Positions 58,799 through 64,000 of a DNA stretch of 64,000 nt are shown one piece after another (positions within the stretch are counted from its first letter, which is position 1; each line of letters starts with the position of its first letter). The stretch comes from Eledone cirrhosa (Eukaryota). The notes beneath the pieces were generated by a model, which was given only the letters and a program-made list of their open reading frames with translations, did not search any database and was not told the DNA's origin. Position numbers and translations under genes: made by a program. The DNA lies in assembly GCA_964016885.1 (NCBI GenBank), contig OZ024740.1, positions 232,996,001 through 233,060,000 on the forward strand, read 5' to 3'.

Positions 58799-61700
58799 AT
58801 GGCGACTATACATGCTTGATGTTTGAATGCACGTGGCCTGGGCATGTCCTGGAAACAGGGCCATCTTTTAAATGATCTCAGGTCACATTGTATAGATGTG
58901 ATAGCCATCACCGAGTCCAGAATTCACAAGCAGCAGCTAACCCCCATGTTCGATGATTTTGAGATTTACGCATCTCTCTGTGAGCCAGGAGGTGGAGGGG
59001 GAGTTGCTGTTCTGTTTCGAAAAAACTTGGATCCCAAAATACAGACGATTCACTTGGACCCGGAGGGCAGCCTGGTGGTCCTGGACGTGAATGGTAGTGA
59101 AGGTGGAGCTTTCAGACTGGTGGCCGTATATGCCCCGACTAGGACATCGCGACCAGAGTTCTTCAAGTGTCTGGAACCATTCCTGGGAACGTCTCGCTCC
59201 TTAGTGTTAGCGGGGGACTGGAATGGCATCTTAGACGCACGTTGGGACTATGTAGGAGCTTGTGATAATAGAGGGGGGTGTAATAGCCTCAAAAATCTCA
59301 TCAGACAATTCCAACTGGCTGATAGATATTGACTAGACTTCCCAAGTGTACCACTGTGGACGTGGAGCAACCGCACTGGGTCTTGTAGATCGTATTTAGA
59401 TAGATTTTTAATTAGACAGAATGATAAGGAAACTTTAAGCTGTCCACAAATGCACATGGTTGCCTATTCAGACCACAAATTAGTCACCTGCGTAGTCAAC
59501 CTTGATAGAATACATAGACAGGAATCCGGATACTGGAAGCTAAACATGTCGCTCCCGGCGCGTAAGGCCTACAGTAAACGGATTAGCACCTTAGTTAAGT
59601 GCCAGTTAACGGGGGCGATCGTCAACAACAGGTGGTGGAGCTCTCTCAAGAGAGCAATTAGAATAGGATCGATAGCATTTAGCAAGGAAGTAGCTTTAGA
59701 AAAAAACAAAACTGGAAAGGAACTGGTAGCTAAAATAGAAGAGGCACTTAGGAATGGCAGTACAGCTGACGTGCTAGCGGCGAGAACGGCACTAGACCAG
59801 TTCTTCAACGTGTAACACGAAGGTTGTATTGTCAGAAGTAGAACACGTGCTCTAAGAAACCAGGGAGCCAAAGCAGTTAGCTGGGCCCGAGTGGCAGAGG
59901 CGAAAAGTGGCAACAAATCCACAATTCGTTCTTTGCAAGACAAAGATGGACGCATTATACTTGAATCCAAGCAGATGTGCGCGGCCTTCCAGCGGCATTT
60001 TGCACAACTGTTCGGGCAAAGAGGTACATCGAGCGAGGTGATGGACTTCAGTTCCTACCTCGACGGCGTCCCGCGACTCTCGAGCACGGACGCGGAGAGC
60101 TGCGAAAGGCCGATCACAGCGGGCGAAATAGAAGATGCCCTAGGCCGCTGCGGGAAACGTAAATCACCCGGTTTAGATAATCTACCCTATGAGTTTTACA
60201 TAGGCATGCCAAACTTGTTCTCTGGCATCCTCGAAGCGGTCTACTGCAATTGGAAGCAGAACGGGAGGATTCCCAGTTCTGTAGGCAGAGGCGTACTAAC
60301 GCTGATCAGCAAAGATGAGTACAAGGGAGATAAGCAATTTCAGACACATAACTCTGCTCAACACAGAGTTAAAGATTTGGGCCAAGGTGTTAGTAGCAAG
60401 GCTGGCGCTTGTAGTCGAGAACCTGGTAGGGGAAGCCCAAACGTGTGCAATCCCGACCAGATCCATACACGACAACCTCCACCTCATGCGATACATCATA
60501 GAGAGGGTAGGGTGTAAACCTGGCTTTGGTGGGGCTCTGATCAATTTAGATCAGTCTAATGCATTTGATAGGGTCAACCATCAATACTTGGAAGCAGTTC
60601 TCATGGCGGCCGGCTTCGGTCCCGTCTTCAGAGGCTGGATCGCTGCCAAGCACACCAGCATCTGCTCGGCAGGCAAGGTGAATGGCTACCTATCAGAGCC
60701 ATTCCAAATCATGCGTTCCATCCGTCAGGGATGCGCTCTCTCCTCCATTCTGTATGTACTGAGTCTCGAGCCGTTACTGTGGAAATTGGAGCTGTTGCAG
60801 GGCATCCCGATCGAACGAGGACTGCGGAAAGCAGCGTCGGCCTATGCCGACGACATAACCGTAATGGTGTCGGAAACCTCGGAAATCAGGGTAATCGGCA
60901 ACCTATTACAGGAATACGAAACGTTGACAGGAGAAAGACTAAACCCAAACAAGTCTGTCGGTTTGCAACTCGGCATATGGAGAGCCAAACCCATGCCTTC
61001 CGACAGTGTCGTTGGACGCTGGACGGAAGGACCGGGGAAATTGCTTGAGGTCTGGTTCGGTCCAGACCTCCAGGTGGACAAGAACTGGAACGATGTCACG
61101 GCGAAGGTGTTTGCACTCACCCAGAAGTGGGCTGAGTGAAAACTCTCCTTGAAAGGCCGAGTGGAGGTGGCGAACACTTACATAACGTCCGTCATCTACT
61201 ACCGCTTGACAGTCGTGCCTTACCCCTGCGAATACCTTACCAAAATGGAACGCCTTCTCTTCAAGTTCCTCTGGAAGAAACAGACTCTACTGGTGAGGAG
61301 ATCCATCTGCTGTCAATACCCTTCTAACGGAGGGCTGGGCATGCCGTGGCTGATGATGCGCAAACATGCGCTGAGGCTACGCCATCTCCAGTTATTCCTG
61401 ACCGGTGCACCGGTGTGGCTGTCGTTTGTGAGACAAGCTCTTCCACAACTCGTCTCACTAACACAGCTGCAGTCCTGGGTCAAGCGAAGACCGAAAATGG
61501 GTGCCTGGCACCTCGAGTGCCTACAGGCGCTCACAGCCCTCTACGAAGCGAAAACGGCAATTAGCGGACACTCCACTTCGATATTCTATAGGGGATTAGT
61601 GGAGGATAAGTGCGACGACATTCTCGGGGAAACTCTAGGCATCAAGGAGGACGAACTGACCAGTCTGTTCGGGAGGACTTTCCGTCCAGAGCCTATGGAT

Positions 61701-62180
61701 AACTTCCAGAGGTCTCTGGCCTGGCAGTGCTACCGAGGAGCTCTACCAGTTCGAGACAAAATCTACAGGCACGGACGCCCTGGCAGAGATCCTGCCAAAA
61801 GGACCTGTCCAAGATGCGAGCAGGACATCGAAACCGTTCTGCACGCAATTGTTCAGTGCACAGGGGTGACCAACCTGTGGAATTATGTCGAACAGCTACT
61901 GTCAGGTGTGGGACGTGGGACGCATCCAGTTGTCAGCCGAGTCCATCGTGAGGATCACCCCGCCGCCTTCATTTAAGAAAGAGGTAATAAGAGGTTAAAA
62001 GGATTGAGGGAAAACACCTTTCTCTCCAGACAACAACTTATCCCCTTCTTTAAGTACCACTTCAGAAGGAAGGTGAGAGTGGAGAGAGAGGTGCTACACC
62101 CCAGTAAATTCGCTGAAAGGTGGGTGAATGTGACAAAAATGGCCCGAGTGAATGGGCCTTCTCTGTATATAAACCTGTAG
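58799..62180 (+). pseudogene. LINE ORF2: APE endonuclease, reverse transcriptase and C-terminal zinc finger
   Basis: LNARGL, AVYAP, AGDWN, YLDRF, SDHK, KSPGLD, LDQSNAFDRV, IRQGCALS, AYADD, GGLGMP, CPRC..ETVLHAIVQC; stops at 58817, 59330, 59813 and 61137; frameshifts near 60330 and 61915. Confidence 0.92.
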
Positions 62181-62327
62181 GTTGAGGAAGATAAACAGAG
62201 GGAAGACAGGAACACCTACAAAACGTGTTCCTGGTGTTGAGGGTTGTTCTATCCACGGGGTGTAAAACAACTCTGCAGTAACGTTCCTCTCTACTGTGGA
62301 TTTCAATTATTATTTTATTATATATCA

Positions 62328-62517
62328 GGGCGGTGGATTGGCAGTATCAGTAGAGGGTCGGACGCCATGCTTTCCAGCATAGTTACGTCCCTTTATGATC
62401 TGAGTTCAAATCCCGCCGAGGTTGACTTTGCCTTTCATCCTTACGGGGTCGATAAAATAAAGTACCAGTAATGCACTGGGTAATTGCTGGCCTTGTGCCT
62501 AAAGTAGAAACAATTAT
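62328..62517 (+). mobile_element. SINE family 1 inserted in the LINE 3'UTR
   Basis: Full consensus; TSD ATTATTTTATTATATAT. Confidence 0.9.
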
Positions 62518-62807
62518 TTTATTATATATAGTTTATTGTTATTTATTAATGTTAAAGTTATTTTTATGTAAAATCCCCGCCGTCACGTCTTGTAATGTCC
62601 CATTTTTGTACGCCCCTGTGGCAAATAAAGAAAGATATCTATCTATGAAACTCTCTCTCTCGTTCTCTTTTTCTATTATATGTATATATATATATATATA
62701 AGTATGTAAAAGGTAACACACGCATATATATATATACATGTATACATGCGCGCACACACATATATGTTTATGTGCACACACACACACACAGGCATACATA
62801 CATGTAT

Positions 62808-62885
<78 letters not shown>

Positions 62886-63043
62886 CATACATATATATAT
62901 ACAGTATATATATGTAAAAGTTCTATTTAAATTGTTGGGATACAACAAGCAAATATGTTTATAACTGATATAAAGCACTCAACAAATAATTGGAGTAAAA
63001 ATACGATATTAACAAATGGAAACTATATTTATAAAACCATATT

Positions 63044-63108
63044 TATTCCATTATACATATTTCAAGGACACGAAGTTAAATTATGGTGTGCCTTCATCAG
63101 ATAAAATA
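63044..63108 (-). ncRNA. Complete type I hammerhead ribozyme (family F)
   Basis: tattttat-CTGATGA-aggcacac..gtgtcctt-GAAA-tatgta-TA-atggaata; flanks homologous to 41930-42070. Confidence 0.75.
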
Positions 63109-63579
63109 TAATATAGAGCAGTTTTATAAATAAATATTGACATACCCTTAAAGAATGCAACCATTACTGTTGGAAGCTCCCGGATATATATATATATATA
63201 TATGCACATTGAAAAGAAGACCAATTTTATTTTAATTACCGCATGTTTCTCCCACATCCTGAAAAATAAATACTATAATTAATTATTAGTTAATTAATTA
63301 TATGAACAAATGATTGAATTCCTCAGAATTTGTAAAAAAAATATAATAAACATTTTTACCTCTTAGAATCATTTTGTACGACGAGGGGAATAAAGGCAGC
63401 CTTTACAAAAGCCCTCTTCGTGGGTTTGACAAAGTCCCAGATTTGTGATTGGTACGAATGAGACGACTGAAACTGAAACTACAATATGATGAGGAAAGCA
63501 ATAAAAAAAAAATACTGCATCTTGCTTCACCCGGGTTAACAAGTGATGCGCTCAGGCCCTACGTAGAGGGGCCTGCGAC

Positions 63580-63963
63580 CTGTGTTGATACACGCAAGGT
63601 GCCGGCTGTCAGAATGTTTTAGGGACTGGATCCCATTTGGAGGGAGAATTTGCCTCTTGAAGCTTAGGCTGAAAGATAGGTCTCGGTGGGTGGTTCAAGT
63701 TTATGCAAAAAAAAAACAAGAAAACGGAATATATGTCCTTCCTTAGTGAAGTCACAGCAGCGTTCGGTGTAGTTAAGACTGAGTCATACATCCTAATGGG
63801 AGACTTCAATGCATATGATGGCACTGAGCCCCTGACATGGAAAGGAGTGATTGGAAGGAAAGGCGGCTACGATCTAAATACGAATGGAGACGTTTTACTT
63901 GACTTCAGTTCTAGCAATGGACTCTCTATTATGAACACTTTTTTCCAGCACAAAGATCAATAA
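63580..63963 (+). pseudogene. RTE (Expander/Rex3-like) APE endonuclease fragment
   Basis: WIPFGGRICLLKLRLKDR, QVYA, ILMGDFNA..TWKGVIGR, NGLSIMNTFFQHK. Confidence 0.85.
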
Positions 63964-64000
63964 TTGATTCAGTTATTGAATCTGATCTCTTTGATTATGT

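Larger units (their letters stand above)
56996..62634 (+). mobile_element. Near full-length Tx1/L1-clade LINE, inactivated
   Basis: 5'UTR, ORF1, ORF2 and 3'UTR ending AATAAAGAAAG; (ATCT)n at both ends. Confidence 0.9.

Noticed and set aside
63515-63580. Possible HDV-like ribozyme upstream of the RTE endonuclease
   Set aside because: A nested double pseudoknot could not be built by eye; it needs a descriptor search.

Overview
AT-rich, microsatellite-saturated eukaryotic non-coding DNA. It is most likely an octopod cephalopod, inferred from a dominant ~190-bp tRNA-derived SINE resembling the Octopus OK family. No host protein-coding gene is convincingly present, and almost all listed ORFs are (TA)n/(CA)n/(TATG)n artefacts. 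Real coding remnants are all retroelements: a near full-length, disrupted Tx1/L1-clade LINE (57.0-62.6 kb; zinc-knuckle ORF1 plus APE-RT ORF2), two R4/Dong-clade fragments, several RTE-clade fragments and Penelope-like (PLE) fragments. There are also non-autonomous Helitrons, about 20 SINE copies, a tRNA-Asp pseudogene, a 26-bp minisatellite and a ~2-kb tandem duplication. The most notable hidden structure is a dense set of small (TA)n-embedded elements carrying minimal type I hammerhead ribozymes (at least six with complete folds). Many are fold-backs that turn at the ribozyme, and one family forms 440-472-nt tandem monomers bounded by ribozymes (retrozyme-like). Element classes also appear to partition microsatellite targets: Tx1 in (TATC)n, R4 and RTE tails in (CATA)n, and PLE/hammerhead elements in (TA)n. 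All calls were made by eye, without database searches.
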